The position numbers and the translations under genes are program-made. Positions 34,381-46,746 of a DNA stretch of 60,837 nt are shown piece after piece. The notes beneath the pieces are model-generated. The model made no database searches and was not told the origin of the DNA. It saw only the letters and a list, made by a program, of their open reading frames with translations. The stretch covers positions 3,943,506-4,004,342 of the forward strand of contig BFEA01000001.1 in the NCBI GenBank assembly GCA_003427395.1. The letters run 5' to 3'. Positions within the stretch are counted from its first letter, which is position 1; every line of letters begins with the position of its first letter. The DNA comes from Chara braunii. Its lineage: Eukaryota; Plantae; Charophyceae.

Positions 34381-35048
34381 GCCAGTGGCAGGAGGAGGGT
34401 ACAAGATATGCAATCGGAAGAGGCTAACAGAGGCAGGGAGAAAACGGACAGAGGTGCAGAGAATGGGAACAGTTGAAAAACCATTTGCAATGCAAAGAGA
34501 TAGCAGTGCCAGGTAAAGAAACAGACACAGGAAGGCGGTGTTTTGATCCTTCACTAGCTGGCCAACCAAGGCCCTAGCACAGCATGTTTGTTTGTTTGTT
34601 TGTTCGTTTGTTTGTTTGTTTGTTTGTTTGTTTGTTTGTTTGTTTTTTTTTTTTTTTTTGTGTGTGTGTGTGTGTGTGCGTGTGTGTGTGTATGTGTGTG
34701 TGTGAAGAGAACCGGGCTCAGCGTCCCTTACGAAATACATAGTTGAGAGTTTGAGGAAAAAAATGCGCACGAAGCAATCAGAGAAAAAACACTGTGCTGG
34801 CAACCGGGTGCAGCGTCCCATGCCTTCGACTGACTAATCTGAAACAAAAAAAACTGGGGGTCTGCCTCTTCATCCGTTTCGCAGGATGCCAGATCCTACG
34901 CAGAAAGCTAGCAGCCCTTGTCTCCCTTCCCTAACCCATGGCCTGGCCACTGAGGGGCACCAGTGGGTCCTCCTTCTGTCTCCTTGCCCCTCCCCAAAAT
35001 TCTCCTAACTCTGTGCTATCCTTTTCTTTTTTCCAGAAAAACTTCATA

Positions 35049-35988
35049 CGAAACGGTATTCACCTGCTAGCAGTAGCGAATGCAGATCCCAGGGCTCGAT
35101 CCCTAGACTTTACCTTACCTGTGTACATTACCTGCATCGACCCCGAGAGTTGAACCCCTGTCGATGGGTCGTAGGGTCCGTAGGTTGTAGGGGTTCGATC
35201 TGTAGACCTGTCGGATAGAGGTCTTAGTGAATTCTAGAAGTCGTAGCTGTGGGACTTCTGAAAGGTCAAGGTCGTCGCTGCGACAGTCCCGAAGGGTCAA
35301 GGTCGTAGCTGCTACAGTGTCAAGGGTCAAGTCCACAGACTTCCGGAAGGTCCGGAAGTGGCCCTTCACACGTTGTTCACAGTAGTCCAGAGGCAAGTGG
35401 GCAAGTGGTGGAGTCCACCTGTGTTGACTCAGCGGTACCCAGTCCCAGTCAGTCCTAGTCCAGTCAAGCAAGTACCGTATGGGACTGTGTGCACCACGGG
35501 CATGGGAAAGGGGCAGACCAACGAGTTACAGAAGTATAAATCAAGAGGCAGCGCCCAGCCATTCATTCATTCCTGCGGAAGCCATGTGGAAGTGCTGCCA
35601 CAGCAACTTGTGCAAGGTGATCTGCAGTATGCCCGAAGACAGAGTGGGCGAGAAGGAGAGTTTAGCCATAGCGGTAGAGGTAGTAGCGGCCATAGCCGCC
35701 ATAGCTGGAAGAAGGGTGTGGTGTATGTGTGCGTGTGTGTACAGTGTGTCGCGAGTGGGATATCCAGGGTGATCCTAAGTTGAGTGCGTGTGAACAGCAG
35801 AGTAGGGCGCAGTGACGAACAGAGAGTTGTACAGGCGCTGACGCGCCATAGCCATCTGAAGCGAGCTTGTATCTGAACTGTGTTCTGGGTTACCATATCT
35901 CTGAGCTTTGAGTGGGCGCTTGTCGCCGGTTTGCTGTGCGACCTGTTTACATGCATGTGAAGTGTGAAAGAAAGCGAGTCTGATTTCA
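35049..35988 (+). repeat. 5-prime LTR of gypsy element 1
   Basis: Starts cGAAACGG (TG mutated to CG) and ends ...tgatttCA immediately before the PBS. Contains ~30-bp tandem gggtcaaggtcgtagctgctacagt repeats. Confidence 0.88.
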
Positions 35989-35989
35989 T

Positions 35990-36001
35990 TGGTATCAGAG
36001 C
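35990..36001 (+). promoter_or_regulatory. Primer-binding site complementary to initiator tRNA-Met
   Basis: TGGTATCAGAGC 1 nt after the LTR end. Confidence 0.93.
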
Positions 36002-36158
36002 TGGTACCCGCTATCCCATGCGCCATCGCCGTTGCCGCAGGTTAGAGACGCGCACCAGGTAGGGTGCCATAGCTGAAGAGCGTCGCCGCTGAAGACGAAG
36101 TCCGCCATAGTTGCACTGCGGAGGAGATCGTCGCCGTCTGTACCTGCAAAAAGACAAC

Positions 36159-36245
<87 letters not shown>

Positions 36246-36516
36246 NNNNNNNNNNNNNNNNNNNNNNNNNNNNNNNNNNNNNNNNNNNNNNNNNNNNNNN
36301 NNNNNNNNNNNNNNNNNNNNNNNNNNNNNNNNNNNNNNNNNNNNNNNNNNNNNNNNNNNNNNNNNNNNNNNNNNNNNNNNNNNNNNNNNNNNNNNNNNNN
36401 NNNNNNNNNNNNNNNNNNNNNNNNNNNNNNNNNNNNNNNNNNNNNNNNNNGAGCGATACAAGATTGGTTGTCATGTACCTGTTGACGAGCGTTGTGCGGT
36501 CCATTGAAGTGAAGGG

Positions 36517-38280
36517 GTGGCCATAGCCGCCGAGCTGAGCCACGGAGTAAAGAAGAAGGAGGAAGAGAAAAGGAGAGCTGCCGAAGAAGCAGCAGCAGAG
36601 GAGGAGGAAGCATTGGAAGAAGGACTCCTCATAAGGCGTACAGGAGAGAGAGGACAGAGTAGTGGCACGAAGGAAGAAGATCTGTGGATGGGGAAGAAGA
36701 TATCCGAATGGGTGGCTAATCTATCACTGGGAGAAAACGAAGAGGCAATGTTATATGTGCCTCAGGAGGAGAAGGAAGCAGTAGCCAGGGAGCTGGAAGC
36801 TATCGAGGACCCCCTGGACCGCCAGATGCTGGAGGATGAAAAAAGGTTGGAGTGGAAGTTGCGTCTGGCAAGGGAGAAGAAGAGGAGGAGGGAGGAGGCC
36901 AACCAGATGGCCAAGGAAGTGGAGAGAATACAATCGTGTAAGCAAGAAGTGGGAGCACAACAGGATATTCCGGCCAAACTAGACAAGATCTTGAGTTATC
37001 TCGAGATTTTGGGACCGGCCTGGACTGAGCAATATCAGACTAATAAGGGCCAAGAAGTGACCCTCCATTCCATCCGGACCGGGTTTAGAGAGTTGCGCGC
37101 GACGTGGTGACCCACGTCGGGACCGAAGTTAAGAGATTAAAGGAAGGCGCAGAGAAGTTATGTGCAGGCGCCATTGAAGGCGCCAAGGTAGTGGCCACGA
37201 CAGAGGCCGAAACGCGTCCCAACAAAGAGCCTATCAAGCTCAAATTTCCTGATTCTTATAGCGGGAAAAAGGACGATAATTTTGATAATTGGGTGGCCAG
37301 CATTAACACCTATGTGTATTTACAACATATCGCGCCAGAGGAACAAGTCATCGTGGCCTTCCATGCGCTGAAGGATGAAGCGGCCAGCTTTGCCAGGTCC
37401 CTTGCGCGTGCAGCCGATTGTGAGCACAATATGGTTGCGTGCTCTAGGCTCACCCCTCTTCCTGCTTTCCTCAAACTCCTGCGAGAGAGGTTCGCTGATG
37501 TCACAAGGGGCGTCAGGGCCTCTGATAGACTGCAAACAATCCACTCCAGGCAGTGGAAGAGTGCAAGAGCACTCAAAGCAGTGATGGATGACCTTGTAGC
37601 CATCCCAGACCACGGGGTCACTGAGACCCAGTTGGTTAACTTATTTTATCGTGCCATGCGAGAGCCCCTGCGAGGGCATTTCTTTGACAAGACCCAACAG
37701 GCCAATATTACGCATGATGTGTTAAGTAGAGAAGTGGTCCTGTTCGAGGCAAAGTCCATGCCAGTTTCCACTTTCTGGCATACGGACCTAGACAAGGGAA
37801 AGAAGTGGAAGGGACGTACCATCTCAGGTCAGGTTAGGGCCAAGGATCACCTGATCCTTACTTTGGATGAGGGTGGTACGGACGAAGTCCCCTACAGTCA
37901 GATTGAGTGGGGGCTAGAGGAGGAGGACAGTGGTGTAAGTCAGGGGAGGACATACGATGCTGTCGCAGCTGGAGGGAGGCAAGGTAGAGGAGGCCAGGGC
38001 CAAGGGGGCCGGGCCATGGGTGGTCGAGGTTCGGGTGCACAGGGGGTTGATGGTCAAAGAAACCGTCAAGGGAGAGGTAGGGGTCAAGGTCCCCCGCCGA
38101 ATTGCTCAGGGCAGAGGTGGAAGGTCACCTTAGAGGCAAGGAGGTTGGCACCCAGGTTGGCCACAGGGCCGGCCTTGGGAAGACTTGGGCTTGGACCAGC
38201 GTGTGTGGCAACAACGGACGGAGCAGGGGCAATGCATCTACTGCGGTGACCCTGCCCATATTATCAAAAATTATCCAAAG
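36517..38280 (+). pseudogene. gag of gypsy element 1 (frameshifted)
   Basis: ORFs 36517..37110 (coiled coil) and 37104..38249 (KLKFPDSYSG..DNW...LRERF capsid-like, then RGG-rich). Degenerate knuckle GQCIYCGDPAHIIKNY at ~38227-38275. Confidence 0.85.
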
Positions 38281-38369
38281 TATAGGGAAGCCCAATTCGC
38301 TGCCCAGGGGTCAAAAGGCAGCCGCCAGTAGGGGTCGCAACTGCCCCTACCACTAGGCCACGTGGGGAA

Positions 38370-41300
38370 GTGTGGGCGCACCACCAGGAAACTCCCACAC
38401 TACATGAGCCTATGGCAGAGGTTGCAGGCCCGTGCCTAGTTAGCTGTCCAGAGACTGCCTGTGTTAGCGTCTCTCTAGGCACTTCCCTCACAGGCGTGGC
38501 AGAAGAATTGAAAGAAAGGATGCCAGCTTGGGCTAAAATGAAGAAGGAAAGTAAAGGACAACTAGTGTTAGTAGATGTAGAAGTTTTTAGAAGCAGAGTA
38601 GGAACCCTTATAGACTCGGGGGCTACGCGCAATTATATTAGCCGTAGGGCGCTGAAAAAGCTAAGGCTAGGGTTAAAGGTCCAAAAGTTAACAGACCCCA
38701 TAGTCAGTGTCTTCGCAGACAACCGCAAGATGCGTGTTGAGGACTATGCAGAGGGAGTCCAGGCGTATTTTCGCCTAGAGAAAGATGGGAAGGTGGAGAA
38801 GGTTCTCCATTCCCTGACTCTCCTCGTACAGGATGACCTCCCTTTTGACATAGTCCTAGGTATCGACTGGGGAGAGGCAGCAGGGGCCACACTCCATTTG
38901 AGAGAGCATGAGTGTAGCCTCCCTAGTCCGTTAGGTGAGGTTAAGACTGCCCGCCTGTTTCATGTGTCAGGAGTAGACAACTCCCTGGTGCATTGTTGTC
39001 TCAGTGCTCCCTCGTTCGCGCGATTAGTGAGAAAGGAGCAGTTAGAGGAGAAGGTCTTCGTAGCTTATGTAAGGCCTGCCACTGAGCCTAAAGAAGACAC
39101 ACCCACGGATCCAACCATTGCCAAGCTGCTGGAAGAGTTTAAAGACTTAGCAGAGCCGCCAACAGGAGTAGTACCGCGGCCGATCCAGCACCGGATAGAG
39201 ATAGAGCCTGGCAGTAGAACTCCTAAGGGAGCAGTCTACAGGATGTTTCCAAGGGAGTTAGAGGAGCTGCGTAAGCAATTAGACGAGCTCCTAGAAAAGG
39301 GTTAGATTAGGCCCAGTTCGTCTCCTTTTGGAGCACCAGTATTATTTGTCCCCCAAAAGGAGGGAGAGTTATGCATGTGTATAGATTATAGGGGGCTGAA
39401 TGCGATCACAATTAAAAATGCTGAATCGCTGCCCAGGATAGACGATCTTTTAGATCAGGTGCAGGGTTGCAGACATTTCTCAAAGATAGATTTGAAGTCC
39501 GGGTATCATCAAATAGAGGTCCATCCTAATGACCAGTACAAGACTGCCTTCCGGACTAGATATGGGCATTATGAGTTCATTGTGATGCCCTTTGGACTGA
39601 CCAATGCGCCACCTATATTTCAACGATGTATGAATGAGTTGTTTAGGCCTTGGTTAGATAGATTCGTCGTAGTTTATTTAGACGATATCTTAGTTTTTAG
39701 TAGGACCCTCCAAGAGCATCCGGGTCATTTGAGGCAGGTCTTGGAGAAGCTGAGAGAGGCTAACTTCAAGATCAATGTGAAGAAGTGCGAGTGGGCCAAG
39801 ACACAAGTCTTGTACTTGGGCCACCTTTTAGACGGAGATGTCATTAAGCCAGAGGACAACAAAATAGCGGCGATTAGAGATTGGCCGACACCCCGCACAC
39901 TGACAGAGTTGCGGTCGTTCCTAGGTCTGGCTAACTACTATAGGAAGTTCGTGAGGAACTTTTCAACTATCATCGCTCCCCTTTGTCGGTTGCTAAAGAA
40001 AAAAGCAATCTGGTTGTGAGACAAAGACTGTACGTCCGCGCTCAAGAAGTTAAAGTGCGTGTTGATAGAGTAGCCTGTCCTCAAAGTAGCAGATCTGTCT
40101 TTGCCATTTGTCATCACCATGGACGCGAGTCAGTATGGTATAGGCGCCGTGTTACAGCAAGACGACGTCAATGGCTACAGACCCGTAGAGTTCATGTCAG
40201 CGAGGATGCCCTCATAGAAGGTAGCTACCTCGACTTACGAGAGAGATCTCTACGCTCTCGGGCAGACCTTAGAACACTGGAAGCATTACCTGCTTGGGAG
40301 GCACTTCAAAGTATATTCAGACTACGAGACTCTTCGGTGGCTGAAGACACAGGCCAAAATGACACCTAAGTTGACTAGGTGGGCCGCTGAGATAGACCAG
40401 TATGACTTTGAGCTCAAACCGGTCAAGGGCAACTACAATGTGGTTGCGGATGCTCTAAGTAGGAGATCAGACTAGTTTGAAGCTATAGTCCACTATCTGG
40501 ATGTAGAGACATACCTGCACGAGAAAGTAAGACAGACGTATGCGCAGGACCCTATCTATAGCGACCTCTTGAAGAGAGTTAAGGAGGCCCCAGAGACAGA
40601 ACCACACTATCGCACGACAAAAGGATTGCTATTCGAGAAGACAGACGTAGTAGACCGTCTGTGTGTTCCCAATAATGAGATCCGCTGTTTGATCTTAGGG
40701 GAATGCCACAACACAGAGGGACATTTCGGTTGGCAAAAGACTCTCGCCAACCTGATGCATGCGTACACATGGCCAGGAATGAAAGCTGACTGCATAGGGT
40801 ATGTTCGCAGTTGCAAAGTTTGCTAGAGGAATAAGACAACTACGCGTGCCCCTCTAGGTCTTCTTCGACCCTTGCCCATTCCTGACCAACCTGGAGATTC
40901 AGTCTCCATTGACTTCATGGACGCTGGTGTCAAGAGTAGGCACGACAAGAGCCAAGTCATGGTCATAGTCGATAGGTTTAGCAAATATGCATTTTTTGTT
41001 CCCTTGCCTGCAGAGGCACGCACCGAGTTCGTCATTCAGAAGTTTGTTGACCATTGGGTTAGTGATCACGGGATTCCGCTGTCTATGGTTAGCGATAGAG
41101 ACACCCGGTTCACTAGTCAGAACTGGCAGGAACTCATGAAAGTCTATGGGTCAAAGTTGTTAATGTCGTCTGGTCGACACCCAGAGACTAACGGTCAGAC
41201 CGAACAAATGAATAAGATCCTGCAACAAATTCTGCGTATGTACATTAGACCCGATCAAGTCAATTGGGATGAGATGTTGCCTCAGGTAGCCAGTGCCTAT

Positions 41301-41993
41301 AATAACAGCATGCACTTAGCCACGTGTCGCACTCCCAATGAGCTGCACAAGTCCTTTAGACCGCGCAGACCGTTTGAGGGACTTAACCGGGACCAGATTC
41401 ACATGTTACCGCCCGGTACCAGAGAGTTTGCGATACAGCACGAAAAGGAGTTAGCTACTGTTGTAGAGAACCTCAGGAAGGCCCAGCACTGAATGATAGG
41501 ACAGGTTAACAAGCACCGTCGCCCGTCACAGTTTCAAGTAGGCGACCTGGTCTGGGTCAAGTCCAAAGAGTTTGTCCCTGAGGAAAACATCTCACAAAAG
41601 TTACTGCCCGTGTATAGAGGACCGTGGCCAGTTCTAGAAGTTAAGGACGGAGAGGATGGGCCGTCCTACACAGTAGAGATCCCAGCACACCTCCACACCT
41701 ACCCCGTGTTTCATGCGTCAAAGTTGTTGCCATGTGTCTCAAGTCAACAGTTTCCATCTAGAAGATCCATGATCCACATGGACAGAAGGTACGGCATTGA
41801 CGACATTGTAGGTGAAGACGTGTTTAGAACAGGAGGTAGAGGTCGTCCACAAAAACAATATAAGGTCCGGTTTGCTTATCAGGAACCAGAGGACGACCGC
41901 TCGTTTACTAGAACGGAACTTCTAGAAACAGCTCCCGACATAGTTAGAGCCTACGAGAGAGATAAGAAAGGTAAAGGTCCTGCCTTGGACTGA
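38370..41993 (+). pseudogene. pol of gypsy element 1: protease, RT, RNase H, integrase, chromodomain; many in-frame stops
   Basis: LIDSGATRNYI (PR); [31 protein letters not shown] (RT); DASQYGIGAVL (RH); HNTEGHFG..CKVC, VSIDFMD, SDRDTRF, GQTEQMN (IN); YGIDDIVGED..QYKVRFAYQEPEDD (chromodomain). Confidence 0.95.
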
Positions 41994-42042
41994 GCTATTC
42001 TCGGAGGACCTCGAATTTAGGCCGGCGGCCCGGCGGCGGGAG

Positions 42043-43512
42043 TGAAACGGTATTCACCTGCTAGCAGTAGCGAATGCAGATCCCAGGGCTCAATCCCTAG
42101 ACTTTACCTTACCTGTGTACAGTACCTGCGTCGACCCCGAGAGTTGAACCCGTGACCTGTGTGTTCGTAACAGTTGGTAGACTGTTGTAGGGTCCGTAGG
42201 TTGTAGGGGTTCGATCTGTAGACCTGTTGGATAGAGGTCTTAGTGAATTCTAGAAGTCGTAGCTGTAGGACTCCTGAAAGGTCCAGGTCGTAGCTGCTAC
42301 AGTCCTGAAGGGTCAAGGTCGTAGCTGCTACAGTCCTGAAGGGTCAAGGTCGTAGCTGCTACAGTCCTGAAGGGTCAAGGTCGTAGCTGCTACAGTGTCG
42401 AAGGGCCAAGTCCACAGGCCTTTAGGCTGAAAAGACACAGGGCCTGGAGGGCCCTTATTTTCCATCTGGTCGGGCCCTGCAGGCCCGTGTGGATGCGCAG
42501 TATGCCACAGGGAAGCAGTGATGAAGAGATGGGAACGAACTAGAACAACCAAACAGCGCACCTAAAAGAGAAGGACTTGTCACCAACTCTCCTGTGAATG
42601 GCCAGGGGATGACCAACGGGGGTATGGAGAAGGGTCAGGATTTCAGAGGAGAGGCGAACGGGCTGTGTTTCAAGGAATTAACCAGGGTGGACTATCCTCT
42701 AACTCATCCATCGTTTCCGCCACTCTCTCTCTCTCTCCAACGCTACTCTAAGCTCCTAACAGTGCCCAGCGCTGAAGACTACTCCTAGCGCTACTACTAC
42801 TACTGCAGCGCTCCTGCAGAGTGCTGCTGCCGAATCCTGAAGACAGCCTCCTGCCTCCTGCACTTGAAGTGTCCATGAACTGCCTGGGAAGTCCCCGTGA
42901 ACTCCCTGCAGCTTGCAGGGGGGGGCAGTACTGTATAGTGCTGGCCCGTACGGGAGGCTGCGCTTGCCAATGCCGAAAGGTGCCAGACCCTGGCGTTGAA
43001 GTTCAAACAAAGGTTGTCTTGAAACAGGCCCAAAAATGGCCTGTGCTAAACCCTGGTCTGGCGCCTAAGTATCAGGGGGTCGACTTTATGAGGGCCTGAA
43101 AATGGCCCTCCTTTTCAGGCTTTTAGGCTGAAACGACACAGGGCCTGGAGGGCCCTTATTCTCCGTCTGGTCGGGCCCTGCAGGCCCGTGTGGATGCGCA
43201 GTGTGCCACAGGGAAGCAGTGATGAAGAGATGGAAACGAACTAGAACAACCAGACAGCGCACCTAAAAGAGAAGGACTTGTCACCAACTCTCCTGTGAAT
43301 GGCCAGGGGATGACCAACGGGGGTATGGAGCAGGGTCAGGATTTCAGAGGAGAGGCGAACAGGGCTGTGTTTCAAGGAATGAACCAGGGTGGACTATCCT
43401 CTAACTTATCCATCTGGTCTTGTGTTGAGTTTGGACTGGCCTTGACGCCCTGGAGCAACCAACGGACTGGACTCAACACCCTGTGTGGTAACCTAGCCGT
43501 GTGTTGAGTTCA
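42043..43512 (+). repeat. 3-prime LTR of gypsy element 1; matches the 5-prime LTR only over its first ~375 bp and has an internal ~295-bp duplication (42417-42711 / 43118-43414)
   Basis: TGAAACGGTATTCACC at 42043; similarity with 35049-35340 ends at aagtccacag. Candidate end tgagttCA at 43512. Confidence 0.65.
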
Positions 43513-44167
43513 GTAATAGTGCAATCTTATCATTCTCTTCATCGCCCGCCCGGAACTTCGAGTATGCTACCGCAAGTTCATGTGTGAGTTCGATCCCTCC
43601 TTCACCGGCCTCCTCTAGGTACCAGTCTCCATCAGACTGCCTCAGATATAATATCTGCAGTATATGGTTGCCAGCCCTGAGGCTCTGGAGTATCGAATGG
43701 AGGGGAGAAGGTTCGCAATGGAAGGGGAACACGGTCTTATGGCCAGAAGAAAAGGACTCGGCTGATGGTGAATGGAGGATGATATGTTGCAAGGCCACTC
43801 ATGTGTGGCATCCTCTCGGATCTTACCTGCAGCCTGCTTTCTCTAAAGAACTGGTGGTAATGGCTCTAGGTTTTGAATCATGACTGTGTCAATACCCGAT
43901 GGGTATGGTAGAGCAAGTGGCCTTGCCATACTCCACACCTCTGATGCACTGCTCACTGCCAAACCACTAGTGCAGTGATAGCGACTCCCTGCCAAGCAGA
44001 ATAAAATGCTGCCTCTCGACCTCTATACCACCAGGTTTGACTACTGGGTAACAAGGACTGATAGAGACCTTTCACCGGCCTCAGCTAAAGGATGGACGGC
44101 AGCAGGCTGGCTTTCTCAGCTACAACGACTGAAAAAGTGGCTCCTATGGCCACTACTGCAGTCATTG

Positions 44168-45344
44168 TGTTACATACTTCAATGAGTATGGGCAGAACCC
44201 AAGATCAACCAATGTAGGATGAGCATATATGCAGCGGAAGTCTGATAAACGGACTGACTCACATAGACTGACTCACATATATATCACTCCACACACATAC
44301 GATCGTGAGATGGTGGGGTCTGAGCCATACATGGACGATGCTCAGCCCCGTACACACATGCACAGATGAAGGTGGGAGGAGAGACGAAGAAGGTGGGAGA
44401 TGTAGGTAGCACCAAATGTCACCGAGATAGAAACCAGTAGGTCACCGATATGGTAATCCAAAATGTCATCGAACAAGATCAAAATGTCGAGGACAATAAG
44501 TCACCAATGTCGGAGATACAGAGTCCTAATGTAACCGGTGTCAAATCTGTGATGCAGCCGAGTATCATCCCCAACAATCTCCAAGTCTCGAANCCGGTAA
44601 GTACCANAGCCTCTTANCACCNAAGTCCAACTCTGATCTCTGTCCAACTAGTATAAGTCTCCAGTCTGAAGAAGAAGAAGAAGAAGAAGAAGAAGAAGAA
44701 GAAGAAGAAGAAGAAGAAGAAGAAGGAGAAGAAGATGAAGTCTGAAGAGAAGGAGAAGAAGAAGAAGAAGAAGAAGAAGAAGAAGAAGAAGAAGAAGAAG
44801 AAGGGGTCCGAGGAGGAGAGAGAGAGAGTGGGGACTGGCGATGAGAGGGAGGAGAGAACCTCCGACTCCCGATACCTCAGGCGGCTATGGCCGCCGATAT
44901 GCTCAGTCGCCGCTGCTGCTGCTCCGCTCCCTGCTGCTGCGCTAATGCTGCGGCTGCCGCTGCTCCTCGTGCTCCTGCGCTAAGAATAGCACCTGCGCTG
45001 TCGCGCCGTACCATACCGCACCGCTAGAGTGTCGGTGGGTCGATCCCTGAAGTGAGGCCGGACCGGTCTTTTGTACCGGTGGGGCAGAGGCCGGGCTCAA
45101 TGCTGCGAGGCCTGGCCGTGCCCTGAACCGTCAAGATGGACGGTTCAGCCCAACCGGCGGGCGGCAGCCTCAAGAGCGCCGCCAGGCCCAAACGGTAATG
45201 TCATTTGGGCGTGCCCGTCGGATCTGGTCCAAAGTGAGGCCTTTTCGGCCTTAGTACCCCCAAGGTCGGGCCTTTAGGCCCTACTGTGTCCCTCTGGCCC
45301 TAAGTCGGGTCCGGTAGGACCCGTGTGGCGTCGAAGATCTAACA
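44168..45344 (-). repeat. LTR (3-prime LTR of element 2) containing (GAA)n
   Basis: High identity to 53557-54710; ends gaagatctaaca. Confidence 0.93.
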
Positions 45345-46270
45345 GATACTGGACTTGCAAAAGGACTTGCAAAAGGATTTTGGAAATATGGCCCGTGCGC
45401 CAGGGTGCCACACATCTACCATATTCGGCCCAGCCAGGCGTCATTTTAGCATACAGCAGAACTGAACAACGTCATAATAGCAGGAACCACCTGCAATGTC
45501 TGCATTTATCTGAGAAGTCTTCATAGATAGTATTGATCAGCCAAGAAGATACAGGGGGCTGCAGACACCTGGGAGTAGCCACAGGAAGATCAGTTATCCA
45601 CTTCTAGGTGGGGGCTGGGTCAGTTGTTAAGTAGGAGCCCCGCAATGGGAACGGGACAATTTGCAGCTCCAAGGGATACTGGGTGCTCCTGAGTAGAACA
45701 GAACAATGACTATAGCCTCAACATGGACCCGGTTTCCAGCAGGTGTCGCTCCCCACCAATAGATGGAGCAGCCCAACAAAAAAAAAAAAGAAAAAAAAAA
45801 AAAGGAAAAAAAAAGGGGGCAAACAAAAAAAGCAATAAAACTGTAATGAAAGGGTATGCGCCACTACCATAGCGCCGTTCTAAGCCGTGCCAGCAAAAAA
45901 ACAAACATGCCGAGTGTGTACCACTCCGCAGAGGCTTTTTTTTTTTTTACCTCTTTGGCTCTGTACACATTCAGTACTAGGGCCAGGTCCCACTACCGTC
46001 TTTTTTTTTTTTTTTTTTTTTGTCCCACTATCGTCTTTATATGAATACAAGGTACGTACCTTGTAGAACGAATTTTAGGATGTGACTTTCCTAGGCAAGG
46101 GGGGGGGGGGAGGAAAGTACACAGTAAATATTAGTAATAATATCACGAATAGAACGCAATGGACTGTTACCAGGATGGGGCTGCAGCATGAAGTTCTTTT
46201 TTTTTTAAAGAGCACATTGACTGCGCTGTATGCTCACGATCCAGCATGCATTCGAATGTTGTGTGTGTTT

Positions 46271-46342
<72 letters not shown>

Positions 46343-46387
46343 ATAGTGCCCGTGTGTGGAAGCAGGTGGGTGTGTGGACAGCACACG

Positions 46388-46420
<33 letters not shown>

Positions 46421-46421
46421 N

Positions 46422-46722
46422 CCTGAAGTGAGGCCGGACCGGTCTTTTGTACCGGTGGGGCAGAGGCCGGCCTCAATGCTGCGAGGCCTGGCCGTGCCCT
46501 GAACCGTCAAGATGGACGGTTCAGCCCCAACCGGCGGGCGGCAGCCTCAAGAGCGCCGCCAGGCCCAAACGGTAATGTTGTTTGGGCCTGCCCGTCGGGT
46601 CTGGTCCAAAGTGAGGCCTTTTCGGCCTGTAGTACCCCCAGGGTCGGGCCTTTAGGCCCTACTGTGTCCCTCTGGCCCTAAGTCGGGTCCGGTAGGACCC
46701 GTGTGGCGTCGAAGATGTAACA
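46422..46722 (-). repeat. Partial second copy of the LTR terminus, adjoining the PPT
   Basis: cctgaagtgaggccggacc...gaagatgtaaca matches 54410-54710; begins right after the single N at 46421. Confidence 0.92.
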
Positions 46723-46735
46723 CACTCCCCCTCTT
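46723..46735 (-). promoter_or_regulatory. Polypurine tract of element 2
   Basis: Minus strand AAGAGGGGGAGTG directly abutting the LTR. Confidence 0.85.
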
Positions 46736-46746
46736 AAAAGTCCGAG

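Larger units (their letters stand above)
35049..43512 (+). mobile_element. Ty3/gypsy LTR retrotransposon (chromovirus), decayed
   Basis: LTR-PBS-gag-PR-RT-RH-IN-chromodomain-LTR order; both LTRs begin (t/c)gaaacggtattcacctgctagcagtagcg. The 3-prime boundary is uncertain and no TSD was found. Confidence 0.93.

Noticed and set aside
45860-46035. CACTA transposon ends (several cacta motifs)
   Set aside because: No matching TAGTG terminus, subterminal repeats or 3-bp TSD.
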